From: Dictyostelium discoideum
Lineage: Eukaryota
NCBI GenBank assembly: GCA_000004695.1
Contig: CM000151.3
Coordinates: 2,112,001-2,176,000 of the forward strand
Direction: 5' to 3'
Length of the DNA stretch: 64,000 nucleotides
Shown here: positions 1-14,411 of the stretch, piece after piece
Layout of the letters: the number at the start of each line of letters is the position of its first letter
Position numbering within the stretch: position 1 is the first letter of the stretch
Made by a program: the position numbers and the translations under genes
Notes under the pieces: generated by a model
Seen by the model: only the letters and a program-made list of their open reading frames with translations
Databases searched by the model: none
What the model was told of the DNA's origin: nothing

Positions 1-1956
<1,956 letters not shown>

Positions 1957-2191
1957 CTTTTAATTTATTTATTATTATTTGTAAACAAAAATCTAATGCT
2001 CAAAAAATGAAAAAAAAAAAAAAGTTTGAAAAAGAAAAAATAAAAAAAAATAAAAAATAAAAAATAAAAAAAAAAATTGGCGCACTTTTTCGACGCTATT
2101 TTCTTAGAAAAGTGTTAATCTAAATTTTAAACGATAATGATAAACTAATAAACTAATAAATTGGATTTTTTTTTTTTATATACAAGAATAA

Positions 2192-2527
2192 TTAATTAAG
2201 ATTTATTATTTGCTGATTTAATTGTTGAATTTGTAATTTAAGATGTTGAATTTGTAAAAATAATTGTTGATAATAATTTCGTATTGGAATACTATTATTA
2301 CTATCGTTATTATTTTTATTATTATTGTTGTTGTTATCATTATTATTATTCTTGGTAATATCTAATAAATTTATATATTGAGTTGTTTGAATTGTATGCA
2401 TTTCTTTTGAAATGGATTTAATTTGATTTTCTTTTACTAAAATTATATGTTTAGTATTCACTCTTTTTATAAAATTATTATATTGAGATGGTAACTTTAT
2501 GTGATTTGGTAATTGATGAGACTTCAT
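2192..2527 (-). CDS. Small basic/coiled-coil protein, tandem family copy 1 (about 111 aa; MKSHQLPNHIKLPSQYNNFIKRVNTKHI...NYYQQLFLQIQHLKLQIQQLNQQIINL)
   Basis: Complete ORF. The true ATG is at MKSHQ; the ORF-track start at 2536 is a TTG alternative start. About 90% identical at protein level to the ORFs at 3195..3599 and 5004..5300. Internal poly-Asn; C-terminal heptad-like Q/L repeat. Confidence 0.6.
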   Translation of the reverse strand: MKSHQLPNHIKLPSQYNNFIKRVNTKHIILVKENQIKSISKEMHTIQTTQYINLLDITKNNNNDNNNNNNKNNNDSNNSIPIRNYYQQLFLQIQHLKLQIQQLNQQIINLN

Positions 2528-3084
2528 ATGATTCAAACATTTTATATATAATGGATCATTAATATCTATTTTATTCTCTTGAAGTTCATTTAATTTCTAT
2601 TTTTTTGGAGAGAAAAAAAAAAAAAAAAAAATAATAAAAGAAATTTTTTTAAATTAATAAAAAAAAAAATATACATACATTATATCCAATACAAAATAAT
2701 TTTATAATTTCTGTATTATTTTTATTATCACTTTGTTTTTCACTATTTATTGAGTATGTTGGAATTTGTATTTTGTGTGTATTAATTTTAAAGAAAAAAA
2801 AAAAAAAAAAAAAAGTATTTTAAGTAGTAGTAAAATCTGAAAGTTTAATATTGATTTCATATATAAAAAACTTTATTTTTAATGTTTTTTTTTTTTTTTT
2901 TTTAATATTTACACAATTTTTTTTTTCAATGGAAATTTACAAAAAATAAAAAAATAAAAAAAATCTAAAAAAAAAAAAAATCTGAAAAAAAAAAACATAA
3001 ATGATGCCATTTTTTTTGAATTGTAATAAAAAAATCCAAAATCGAGATCTTTGCAAACTTAATTTTCCATTCAACATTTTTTTT

Positions 3085-3200
3085 TAAAATCTTTCAATAA
3101 AGACTAGCAACATCAATGACGACCACAAATTTCAATAACAACACCAATGATATTTCTTTCCACTCCCATTCCAAACCATCACAGCCGCAAAATGCTACCC
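3085..3200 (-). pseudogene. Degenerate fragment related to the 3' part of the hssA-like gene at 4293..4516
   Basis: GC-richer island. Minus-strand frames give ...NIIGVVIEICGRH* and VAFCGCDGLEWEW..., which resemble ...[18 protein letters not shown] / [11 protein letters not shown] but carry stops and frame breaks. Confidence 0.3.
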
Positions 3201-3213
3201 CAACTTTCTCCAC

Positions 3214-3270
<57 letters not shown>

Positions 3271-3599
3271 ATCTTAAAAAAAAACAAATCAAAAAAAATT
3301 TTAATGTATAAGAATAATAAATAAAGATTTATTATTTGCTGATTTAATTGTTGAATTTGTAAAAATAATTGTTGGTAATAATTTCTCATTGAAATACTAC
3401 TATTATTATTATCCTTATTATTATTTGTAATATCTAATAAATCTATATATTGATTAGTTTGAATTGTATGCATTTCTTTTGAAATGGATTTAATTTGATT
3501 TTCTTTTACTAAAAGTATATGTTTAGTATTCACTCTTTTTATAAAATTATTATATTGAGATGGTAACTTTATGTGATTTGGTAATTGATGAGATTTCAT
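3195..3599 (-). CDS. Small basic/coiled-coil protein, tandem family copy 2 (C-terminus reads through into a poly-F low-complexity tail and is probably slightly mis-terminated)
   Basis: ATG MKSHQLPNHIKLPSQYNNFIKRVNTKHILLVKENQIKSISKEMHTIQTNQYIDLLDIT...NYYQQLFLQIQQLNQQIINL. Paralog of 2192..2527. Confidence 0.55.
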
Positions 3600-4175
3600 A
3601 TGGTTTAAACATTTTAAATATAATGGATCATTATTGTCTATTTTAATCTCTTGAAGTTCATTTAATTTCTAAATTTATTTAAAATAAATAATTAAAAAAA
3701 AAAAAAAAAAAACAAAAAAAAAAAAAGTGTAAGTTTTTTTTGTTTTAAAAATAAAAAAAATAAATGATAGAGATATAAAGATATGGATATACATACAGTA
3801 TATCCAATACAAAATAATTTTATAATTTCTAAATTATTTTTATTATCGCTTTGTTTTTCATTAATAATTGAGTATGTTGGAATTTGAATTTTGTGTTAAA
3901 GTTATTTCTAAAATTTGAATATTTTAATAATGATTTGATTTTTTAAAATTACATTCTTTTATACAAAGGTTTTTTTTTTTTTTATTAATATTGTTTTTAG
4001 TAAACTAAATGACTGAAACCATAATTTAAAAAAAAAAAAAAAAAAAAAATCCAAAAATGACACCACCCAGAAAATTAAAATCTGAAAAATAATTAAAAAA
4101 AAAAAAAAAAAATCCAAAAATAAAAAAAAAAACATGGGGTTTTAAGTAAAAAAAAAACTAAAAATGTAAAATTAG

Positions 4176-4209
<34 letters not shown>

Positions 4210-4292
4210 CAAAAGGTTTTAAGTTATCGTCTTCTAGAATACAGTTTTTTTATTTTTTTTGTTTTATTATGTTTTAAAATATCTTTTTAATC

Positions 4293-4605
4293 TTAACAAC
4301 ATCTACGATGATGACGACGACCAATATCAATGTCAACATTAATTATATTTATATTTCTACCTCCACTAATACAACAACCACCACCTCCCATACAACCATC
4401 AAAACCACCATCAAAACATGCAACTGAATTATTACCAATGTTTTTACCAAAGCTACTTAAAGTTGAAATTGAACTATTGATTGACTTTGTTGGATTGGAA
4501 ATTGATGAAATTGAATCTATTAAATAAAAAAAAAAAAACTATTAGTTTTGTTTTATTAATTTTTTTTTTTTTTAAAACCAAATTTCAATTACCGAAAATT
4601 GCCAT
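4293..4605 (-). CDS. Small Gly/Cys/Ser-rich protein resembling the Dictyostelium hssA/2C/7E (sigN) family; 2 exons (4605..4593, 4516..4293), about 78 aa
   Basis: Not in the ORF track. Minus strand: ATGGCAATTTTCG|GTAATTG...TTTAATAG|ATTCAATTTCATCA gives [78 protein letters not shown]. The locus is GC-richer than its flanks; consensus donor/acceptor; frame is preserved across the intron. Confidence 0.55.
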
Positions 4606-5003
4606 TGTTTGATTTTAAATTATTTGTTCTTTTATTAGTTTATATTTAAAAAATAATTAATAATAAAAATTTTAAAAAAAAAAAAAAAAAACATATTTTT
4701 ATAACTTTAAAACATTTTGAATAAATTGTCTATATAAATATTTTTTAATTGAAATAAAATGAAATGTGTTAATAGAAAAGTTTTTTTTTTTTAAACTATT
4801 GAAAGGAATTTTCTGAGCCATTTAAAGTATTTTAAATATTAATTAATAAATTCAAATATTTTTAAAGCTTTTTTTTTTTTTTTGGTAATAGGAAAAAAAA
4901 AAAAAAAAGAAAAAAAAAAAAAAACAAATGAATAAAATAAATGAGTAATGATAACAATAAAAATAATAAAGAACTAATGAAAATATTTTATATACAAGAA
5001 TAA

Positions 5004-5300
5004 TTAATAAAGATTTATTATTTGATTATTTAATTGTTGAATTTGTTGTTTAAGATGTTGAATTTGTAAAAATAATTGTTGGTAATAATTTCTTATTGAA
5101 ATACCACTATTATTATCATTGTTGTTTGTGATATCTAATAAATCTATATATTGAGTTGTTTGAATTGTATGCATTTCTTTTGAAATGGATTTAATTTGAT
5201 TTTCTTTTACTAAAATTATATGTTTAGTATTCACTCTTTTTATAAAATTATTATATTGAGATGGTAACTTTATGTGATTTGGTAATTGATGAGACTTCAT
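5004..5300 (-). CDS. Small basic/coiled-coil protein, tandem family copy 3
   Basis: MKSHQLPNHIKLPSQYNNFIKRVNTKHIILVKENQIKSISKEMHTIQTTQYIDLLDIT...NYYQQLFLQIQHLKQQIQQLNNQIINLY. The ORF-track start 5309 is TTG; real ATG at about 5300. Confidence 0.6.
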   Translation of the reverse strand: MKSHQLPNHIKLPSQYNNFIKRVNTKHIILVKENQIKSISKEMHTIQTTQYIDLLDITNNNDNNSGISIRNYYQQLFLQIQHLKQQIQQLNNQIINLY

Positions 5301-6090
5301 ATGATCCAAACATTTTATATATAATGGATCATTAATATCTATTTTATTCTCTTGAAGTTCATTTAATTTCTATTTTTATTTTAAAAAATAAAAAAATTAA
5401 AAAATAAAAAAAGTGTTAGTATTTTGTTTTTAAAAAAAAAAAAAAAATAAAAAATTAAGATACTCAAACAATTTACTGACACAAAAAAAAAAATAGCATT
5501 GTATAAAAGAATGTAATTTTTTAAAAATGAATTCATTATCAAAACATTCCCAATAGTTATTTCAAGTAATTTTTAAATTAAACTCATCAACACAAAATGC
5601 AAATTCCAACATACACAATTATTAATAATGAAAAACATTTAACTTATATCAAAAAATAAATTAAAAAAATAAAAAAAAAAAAATTTAAGGTTTAACACCA
5701 CCAAAAAAAAAAAAAAAAAAATTGTGAAAAAAAAAAAAAAAAAGATTTTTGTAGTTATCACCTTTGAAATTCTTTTTTTTTTTATTTTTTTTTAAAATAT
5801 CTTGAATCTTAATTTCCTTTTTCACACTTTTTTTTAATAAACAATTTTTTGTTTTTTTATTTTTTAATTAACATATTTGTGTGAATAATTCAATCACGAT
5901 TGCGGTAATTTCTAAAATAAAAAATTTTCACCAAATTTTTTATTTTTTTTTATTTTTTTTTTTTTTTATTTTTTTATTTTTATTTTTTTTTTTTTTTTTT
6001 ATTGTCAATTTTGATCAGTCCCTCACAAGTTCATATTTTATTTTTAAATCAAACCAATAAAATAAGAAATAAAAAAATAAAAAATAAGAA

Positions 6091-6531
6091 ATGAGTATTG
6101 GTATACCAGTTAAAATTTTACATGAAGCAGATGGACATATAGTAACAGTGGAGTTAAAAAATGGTGAACTTTATAGAGGTACATTAATAGAGAGTGAAGA
6201 TAATATGAATTGTAGAATGAAGAATATTACAGTCACAGCAAGAGATGGCAGAAACTCTCAAATGGAATATTGTTATGTTAGAGGTAGTAAAGTTCGTTTC
6301 ATCATTTTACCAGATATCTTGAAAAATGCACCAATGTTCAAGAGAATCGATGGTCGTGTAGTACTTAAAGGTAAAGCATTAGGTATTGGTAAAGGTGCAA
6401 CCTTTGAACGTGGTAATTTCAGAGGTGGCCGTGGTGGTGGTGGTGATCGTGGTGGTTTCAAAGGTGGTCGTGGCGGTGGAGGTCGTGGTGGTTCTATGAA
6501 TACTTTCCAACAAAGAAGAGGTCCACAATAA
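6091..6531 (+). CDS. snrpD3: Small nuclear ribonucleoprotein Sm D3
   Basis: [84 protein letters not shown]... matches the SmD3 Sm fold almost residue-for-residue. C-terminal RG/GRGGGG tail (sDMA-type). Confidence 0.95.
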   Translation: MSIGIPVKILHEADGHIVTVELKNGELYRGTLIESEDNMNCRMKNITVTARDGRNSQMEYCYVRGSKVRFIILPDILKNAPMFKRIDGRVVLKGKALGIGKGATFERGNFRGGRGGGGDRGGFKGGRGGGGRGGSMNTFQQRRGPQ

Positions 6532-6569
6532 AATTAAAAAAAAAAAAAAAAAAAAAAAAATTAAAGTTA

Positions 6570-6570
<1 letters not shown>

Positions 6571-6646
<76 letters not shown>
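6571..6646. repeat. (AAT)n microsatellite, about 25 units, 3' of snrpD3
   Basis: Perfect aataataat... run directly visible. Confidence 0.95.
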
Positions 6647-6647
<1 letters not shown>

Positions 6648-6766
6648 GTACACGCTCTAAAAATTTTAATAACCTATACTAGTAACAGCCCATCATTAAA
6701 AACAAATAACACTCAAATTTATTCGTACGCATTCATTTCCACACAAATCAACAAAACTTATGCAAC

Positions 6767-6812
<46 letters not shown>

Positions 6813-7708
6813 AAAAAAATAAATAAATAAATTATTGTAAATAATAAGTATACTTTTTTTTTTTATTACTATTACTATTAGTATTATTTATTTTTATTTT
6901 ATTTTATTTTATTTTTATTAAATTTTATTTTATTTTATTTTAATTTTTTTTTTTTTTTAAAAATAATAATAATTAATTAATTTTTTATTACAATAGAAAT
7001 ATCAATTATTATAAATTAAAATAAGTTGTTTATTATAATGATTCTCATTGTTTTTTTTTTTTTTTTTTTACACTCAACTGAAAAATTGTTTTTTTTAAAT
7101 AATTACACGATTGTGTTATGACATCTTTTACAACAAAACACATTATTGTATAACCTTTTAGGATTTTTTAAATTATAGTTATTCGAAATATTATTATTAT
7201 TATTATTATTATTATTATGTTATCTTCATATGTATACATTTTTAAAATTGTAGGGAAATGGGGATAGAGTCAAAAATGAAATAGAAAGAGGGTTATGTTT
7301 TAATTATAATAAATAGGAAATGTTGGTTATTTTATTACAATTTCAGTTATTTTGTTTTTTTGTTTTTTTAGTTTTTTTTTTTTTCAATAAAATTTTTATT
7401 AAAAAATTCTAAAAAAAGGAATATATCCATAGTTTGTTCCAATATTTTATTTTCATAAAAAAAATTGTTTTATTTTTTTTTTTTTAAACAGTTTGGATTT
7501 TTAAACACCTTAACACACCCAACAAATAAAAAAATGGTTTTTTTTTTTTTTTTTTTTTTTAAAATTTTATTTTAATTTTATTTTATTTTTTAAAAATAAA
7601 AGTTATCAATTTGTAATTTAATTCATTGTGTTATTATTATTGAAAATACATATATATTTTTTTTGTTTTTTTTTAAAATTGATCTGATCTGTTAGAACTG
7701 CAGATTGT

Positions 7709-7730
7709 TTGTGGTGTGTGGGGTTAAAAT
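7709..7730. promoter_or_regulatory. G-rich 'G-box' (TGTTTGTGGTGTGTGGGGTT) of the type bound by Dictyostelium G-box binding factor (GBF)
   Basis: Isolated GT-rich 20-mer in an otherwise more than 90% A/T intergenic region. Matches the (T/G)G(T/G)G(T/G)G half-site pattern of CAEs. Confidence 0.4.
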
Positions 7731-7945
7731 TTTCTTTTTTTATCATTTTTATTTTTTTTTTTTTTTTTTTTGAATTCAAGAAAAAAATTAATATGATACA
7801 TTATTCCTTATTTATTTTCTTTGATATTAAAGTTCCTCTGAATTTTATTAGATTTGAAAAGTCCAATAGTTTTTATTATTATTATTTTTATTATTTTTAT
7901 TTTTTTTTTTAAAAAAAAAATAACCTCTTATAATTTTTAAGAAAG

Positions 7946-7977
<32 letters not shown>

Positions 7978-8598
7978 AATAATTAAAGAATCGTACTCAT
8001 TCCAAATTATTAGTAAATTATTAATAATATAATTATTCCAACATATATGATTTTTTTTTTTATTTTTTTTAACCTTTTTTATTTTTTTTATTTTTATTTT
8101 TTTTTTAATTTTTTTTTTTTACTTGAAATTGAGTATTTTCGTTGCTAGCTCTTATAATCTACTTTTGTCGTCAATATACCACCCTTCCCTCATTTTTAAC
8201 ACACATAAAACACAATAAAACACAAAACACGACCCACATTTTTAAATAATTTATCCACTCCATCCTTAGAATTTATGAATAAATTTTTAAGCTCATTAAC
8301 TAAATTTACAATATAGACTACCCTCTGTTCCTTCTTTTGTTAATGTTTTCATTAGATTAAATGAAATGAATTGTTGGTTTTTTTAAAATATTGATATAAT
8401 TTATTTCTTTTCTTTTTTCTCAAAGAGAGGAACACTTAACTGAAATAAAAAATGTGTGAATAAAAAAGTAGTAGAACTATTAGTATTGTTTTTTTATTTT
8501 TTTATTTTTTTATTTATTTATTTTATTTTTTATTTTTTATTTTATTAATTTTTTTAGTATTGTATATATATAAAATATTTAAAGTTGGGAATAAAAAA

Positions 8599-8637
<39 letters not shown>

Positions 8638-8694
8638 CTAATCAATGATTTTATAAAAATTCGTCATAACTAATTTATATAATTATCATTATCA

Positions 8695-9045
8695 TTTCAA
8701 ACCACACACGCTCACACACACACACACAACTACCATATTTATCAAATTTTTTAATTATAATAAATTTTTTAATTTTAATTTTTTTGTTTTTATAAAAAAG
8801 AAAAAATAAAATTTATCATATTTTTTTATATTTATATATATAAAAAAATATATAATTATTTATTATTATTTTTAAAAATAATTTTATAAAAATAAAAAAA
8901 CATTTACCCTTCCCTAGTATTTAAATATATAAAGACACTTATTCAAATTCAAATACACACACCACACTCCACAATCCACCCATCCACAATCCACCCATCC
9001 ACAAGTAAAATAATTAACACACACTCACACACACACATAAATATA
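8695..9045. promoter_or_regulatory. Cluster of CA-rich elements (ACCACACACGCTCACACACACACACAAC at 8700-8730; CCACAATCCACCCATCCACAATCCACCCATCCACA and CACACACTCACACACACACA at 8940-9045), about 500-850 bp upstream of the ATG at 9552
   Basis: C-strand versions of GBF-type CAEs, including a tandem direct repeat CCACAATCCACCCAT x2. This is the only C-rich sequence in a 3-kb A/T desert. Confidence 0.4.
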
Positions 9046-9523
9046 TTTTTCTATTCTAATTTCATTTATGTGATAGTACTAATAGTAGTAGTAGTAGTAA
9101 AATTATAAAAAATAAAAATATATTTTTTTTATACCTAACAAGCAAATCTAAATATAATTATCACAAATTATTTTATAAATATAAAAATTATAAATAATCA
9201 AAAATAAAAAAAATAATAATAATAATAAATAAAAATAAAAAAAATAATAAAAACAAAATAAAAAAAAATAAATAAAATAAAATTAAAATTGGTTGGTTGT
9301 TGTTTAAATTCTTTTATTTATTTATTGTATTTTGTTATTTTCTTACACCCCAACCTACAAATAATTTTTTTTTTTTTAATCACCCATCAAAAATTTTATT
9401 ATTTTTTTTTTTTTCCCTCATAGCCCTTTTTTGTAAAAACAAAAAAAAAAAAAAATAGTAATTATAAATAAAAAAAATTTAAATTATTTTTTTTTGTAAA
9501 TAGTAAATTATCCAAAAAATAAA

Positions 9524-11626
<2,103 letters not shown>

Positions 11627-11897
11627 ATTATTTTTTATATAATAATAACCAACAATATAATATACACATTTTTTTTTTAATATAAATAAAAAAATAATAT
11701 AATACTACTTCATACTATCATTACAATCTAAACAAATTTTATTTTTTTAAAAAAAAAAAAAAAATTTTAAATAAAATACATTTTATTTCAACATACATTT
11801 TATTATTATTTTTATTATTGTTATTATTATTATTATTATTATAATTTATTATTATTATTATTATTATTATTTATTATTATTATACTATTTAAAAATT

Positions 11898-14411
11898 TTA
11901 CTCTAAATTTTTAATTAAATTATAAATTAAACCAGATTGTAAAATTGATTTGCAAGTATTTTCTTTTGCAGTTTTTTTATTTTGACCAGATTTAAAATGA
12001 GAATGTGCAGCTTCTTTATTTATATAGAAAGTAGCAATAGCATTAAAAAAACCAGAACCATCAGGAGTATGTTCCCAAGCTATACCAAAATCAAATGTAT
12101 GTCTTTTAACTTGAATAACCATCTCTTGAACCAAAGCACTAGCAGAAGCAAAATAGGAATTTGTATCCATTTCTTCATCAACTTGATTAACTTGAGTTGT
12201 ATAGTTTTGTTGTTTTAAAGATATTGGAAGTTCACCAGTTTTTAAGAAATTAATAGCCTCTTCTAAATATCTTTCTTGATTTTTAAAGAACTCATAGATG
12301 TTATCCTCTCTTGGATCATCAACTTTGACAATACCATAGAAATAACTATCCCTATTTCTTAATCTACCCCTTGATTGAATATTAGCAGTAACGGTTGTTG
12401 GTGGATCTAATCTAATTACAATATTACATTCTGGTACATCGAATCCTTCTTCCACTACACTAGTTGCAACTATAACATTACATTGATCACTTCTAAACTC
12501 TTCTATAGCCTTCTTTTGAGATGATATTGACATTCCACCAATAGAACCATGACCAACTACTAAATTTGGTTTAATAAAAGAGAATCTATCACCCATTCTT
12601 AATTGATCCAAAAGTGAATAAACTTTCTTTGCTACGTCTCTTGTTTTTACAAATATGATTGCTTTTAAATCATCACTCTTTTTTTCATCCAAAATTTGTA
12701 ACGCAATCTCTAACTTTGAAATACTATCCGCAATCTCTTCATCACAAGGTAACGAATGAACCATTGCTAAAATCTCTGATTGAAGTTCTACATCATCAAT
12801 ATTTGAAATCTCTTCAATTAAAAAGGATTTTAAATTTAAACCAACTGGAATTGCACTACCAAACATTTTAAAATTAATAAAATCATTAATTTTTTCAAAA
12901 AATGATGATAAAAACTTATTTAAATTATGATTTTGAGTACTACTATTGGAACCACCACCACCACCACCAACACCTAAACCTTTTAAAGTATTACTATCAA
13001 TTACTGAAGTAACAGAATCAAATAATTCTTGATTATTACTAAGATTTGGTTTATATTTTGAAATTAAATCTTTTAAGATTTGAATTGAGTGACGTTCTAA
13101 ATTATTTGTTGGAATTGGTATGATTTTAATATTCTTTTGATTAATATATGGAATGATTGATTGATTAGTTGGTTTTATAATTTCACAACGACTAACTTTT
13201 GAAATTAATTTCAAGGATAATAAAGTATTGAAAAAATCTTTTTTACCAGCTGGTGACGCAGTTAAACCTAAAATCTTTGGATGACAAATCTCTGGAATCG
13301 TATTTAATTTATCACGTAATAATTTAGCGAATGAATGCTCTTTAACTATATGATGAGCTTCATCGATAACAATCAAACAGAAACTAAGTATATTTAAATC
13401 ACCATTTGATAAAAGTTTATTGAATAAATCACCAATCACCACCAAAACATCAAATCTTTGCTTCAATTGAACTGGTTTAAATGTTTCACCGTGAGCTGAT
13501 AACACCTTTAACCCCGTCTCTGTCTCTATTACGTCTGATTGTTGGATTACCAATGGGATTCTATCTACAATGAAAACTATTTGCTTTGAAGGATTCAATT
13601 GCTTCATTTTCTTTATCACCAAACATGATATTAAAGTCTTACCTAAACCAGTTGGTAAACAACATATTATATCCTTTTCCATTGATTTTCTATAGAGTTC
13701 ACATTGATAATCTCTTGGTTTACTCTTATTCATCTCCATTGGTTTACCATCATCACCCTGTTGTAATGTTTTTATAATTGGCATACCAATTGTTTTAATT
13801 TGACCGAGTGTAAGATTATTACAATTTTCATCTTGAAAAATGCTATTCATAGTATCAACTCTTTGTTGTAAATCACCAAGTGTTCTCTTTAATCTTTCAA
13901 TTTCATTATCCTTTTCCATTTGAGTTGGTTCATTAAAATGTAAATAACTAAAACCACCACTTAATAAATTTCCATCATTTTTTTGTTTTTCAATTAATTC
14001 ATCTTTAATTTTATTTTTATCTATACTAATAAATTTTGAAAATAATGAATCTATTGATTGTTTTGTTTGATATGTTAATTGTTGTGGTTGTTGTGGTGGT
14101 GGTGATTCTATTTCTTGTTCTTGTTGTTGTCTAGTTTTTTTTTGTTCTTGATATTTATTATTTAAATCTTCTCTTCCCTGTTGATTTAAATAATTTAAAA
14201 CTTTTATTGCGCAACATGATTCTGCTGTTTTTTTATTTTTATACCAATCGGAATATACAATTTTATTGTTATGTTTTGAATTAATTTCACCAACGCGTAT
14301 GTGTGTACGATATTCTCTCTCGTGGTCAGGTCCTCTACACTCTGAATGGTATACTGGTAAATATCCTATTCTTTTTTGTTGAATATAAGTTTGTAAATCA
14401 TTTTTAGTCAT
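11898..14411 (-). CDS. Dicer-type DExH/DEAD helicase flanked by N- and C-terminal dsRNA-binding domains (837 aa); architecture as described for the Dictyostelium RNAi suppressor HelF
   Basis: N-terminal dsRBD (DLQTYIQQKRIGYLPVYHSECRGPDHEREYRTHIRV...KKTAESCCAIKVLNYL). Helicase motifs I CLPTGLGKT, II VIDEAHH, III LTASP, VI QSRGRLR. C-terminal dsRBD-like (YFASASALVQEMVIQVKRHTFDFGIAWEHTPDGSGFFNAIATFYINKEAAHSHFKSGQNKKTAKENTCKSILQ). Confidence 0.8.
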   Translation of the reverse strand: MTKNDLQTYIQQKRIGYLPVYHSECRGPDHEREYRTHIRVGEINSKHNNKIVYSDWYKNKKTAESCCAIKVLNYLNQQGREDLNNKYQEQKKTRQQQEQEIESPPPQQPQQLTYQTKQSIDSLFSKFISIDKNKIKDELIEKQKNDGNLLSGGFSYLHFNEPTQMEKDNEIERLKRTLGDLQQRVDTMNSIFQDENCNNLTLGQIKTIGMPIIKTLQQGDDGKPMEMNKSKPRDYQCELYRKSMEKDIICCLPTGLGKTLISCLVIKKMKQLNPSKQIVFIVDRIPLVIQQSDVIETETGLKVLSAHGETFKPVQLKQRFDVLVVIGDLFNKLLSNGDLNILSFCLIVIDEAHHIVKEHSFAKLLRDKLNTIPEICHPKILGLTASPAGKKDFFNTLLSLKLISKVSRCEIIKPTNQSIIPYINQKNIKIIPIPTNNLERHSIQILKDLISKYKPNLSNNQELFDSVTSVIDSNTLKGLGVGGGGGGSNSSTQNHNLNKFLSSFFEKINDFINFKMFGSAIPVGLNLKSFLIEEISNIDDVELQSEILAMVHSLPCDEEIADSISKLEIALQILDEKKSDDLKAIIFVKTRDVAKKVYSLLDQLRMGDRFSFIKPNLVVGHGSIGGMSISSQKKAIEEFRSDQCNVIVATSVVEEGFDVPECNIVIRLDPPTTVTANIQSRGRLRNRDSYFYGIVKVDDPREDNIYEFFKNQERYLEEAINFLKTGELPISLKQQNYTTQVNQVDEEMDTNSYFASASALVQEMVIQVKRHTFDFGIAWEHTPDGSGFFNAIATFYINKEAAHSHFKSGQNKKTAKENTCKSILQSGLIYNLIKNLE

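Larger units (their letters stand above)
2180..5700. repeat. Tandem array of three about 1.0-1.8 kb units, each carrying one copy of the small-protein gene plus about 70 nt of conserved leader and a conserved upstream block (ACACAAAATACAAATTCCAACATACTCAATAAATAG... on the gene strand)
   Basis: Direct nucleotide similarity of 2190-2790, 3300-3900 and 4990-5640, including non-coding flanks. The conserved upstream block is at 2690-2780, 3800-3900 and, diverged, 5585-5640. Confidence 0.8.

Noticed and set aside
2528-2536. ORF-track N-terminal extensions 'MNHM'/'MDHM' on small-gene copies 1 and 3, and 'M' starts at 26272, 34352, 37189
   Set aside because: These start on TTG, or are internal Met/Leu of longer spliced exons. 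The true starts are the downstream ATG (MKSHQ) or lie in upstream exons, as modelled.
4330-4527. Plus-strand 65-aa Pro-rich ORF ([20 protein letters not shown]...)
   Set aside because: It is the opposite-strand reading of the hssA-like exon. The minus-strand model gives a complete spliced protein with family resemblance, whereas the plus frame has none.
7709-7912. 67-aa ORF in the snrpD3-9552 spacer
   Set aside because: It is an A/T-rich poly-F/Y translation. Its 'start' is the G-box element itself, so it was interpreted as regulatory rather than coding.
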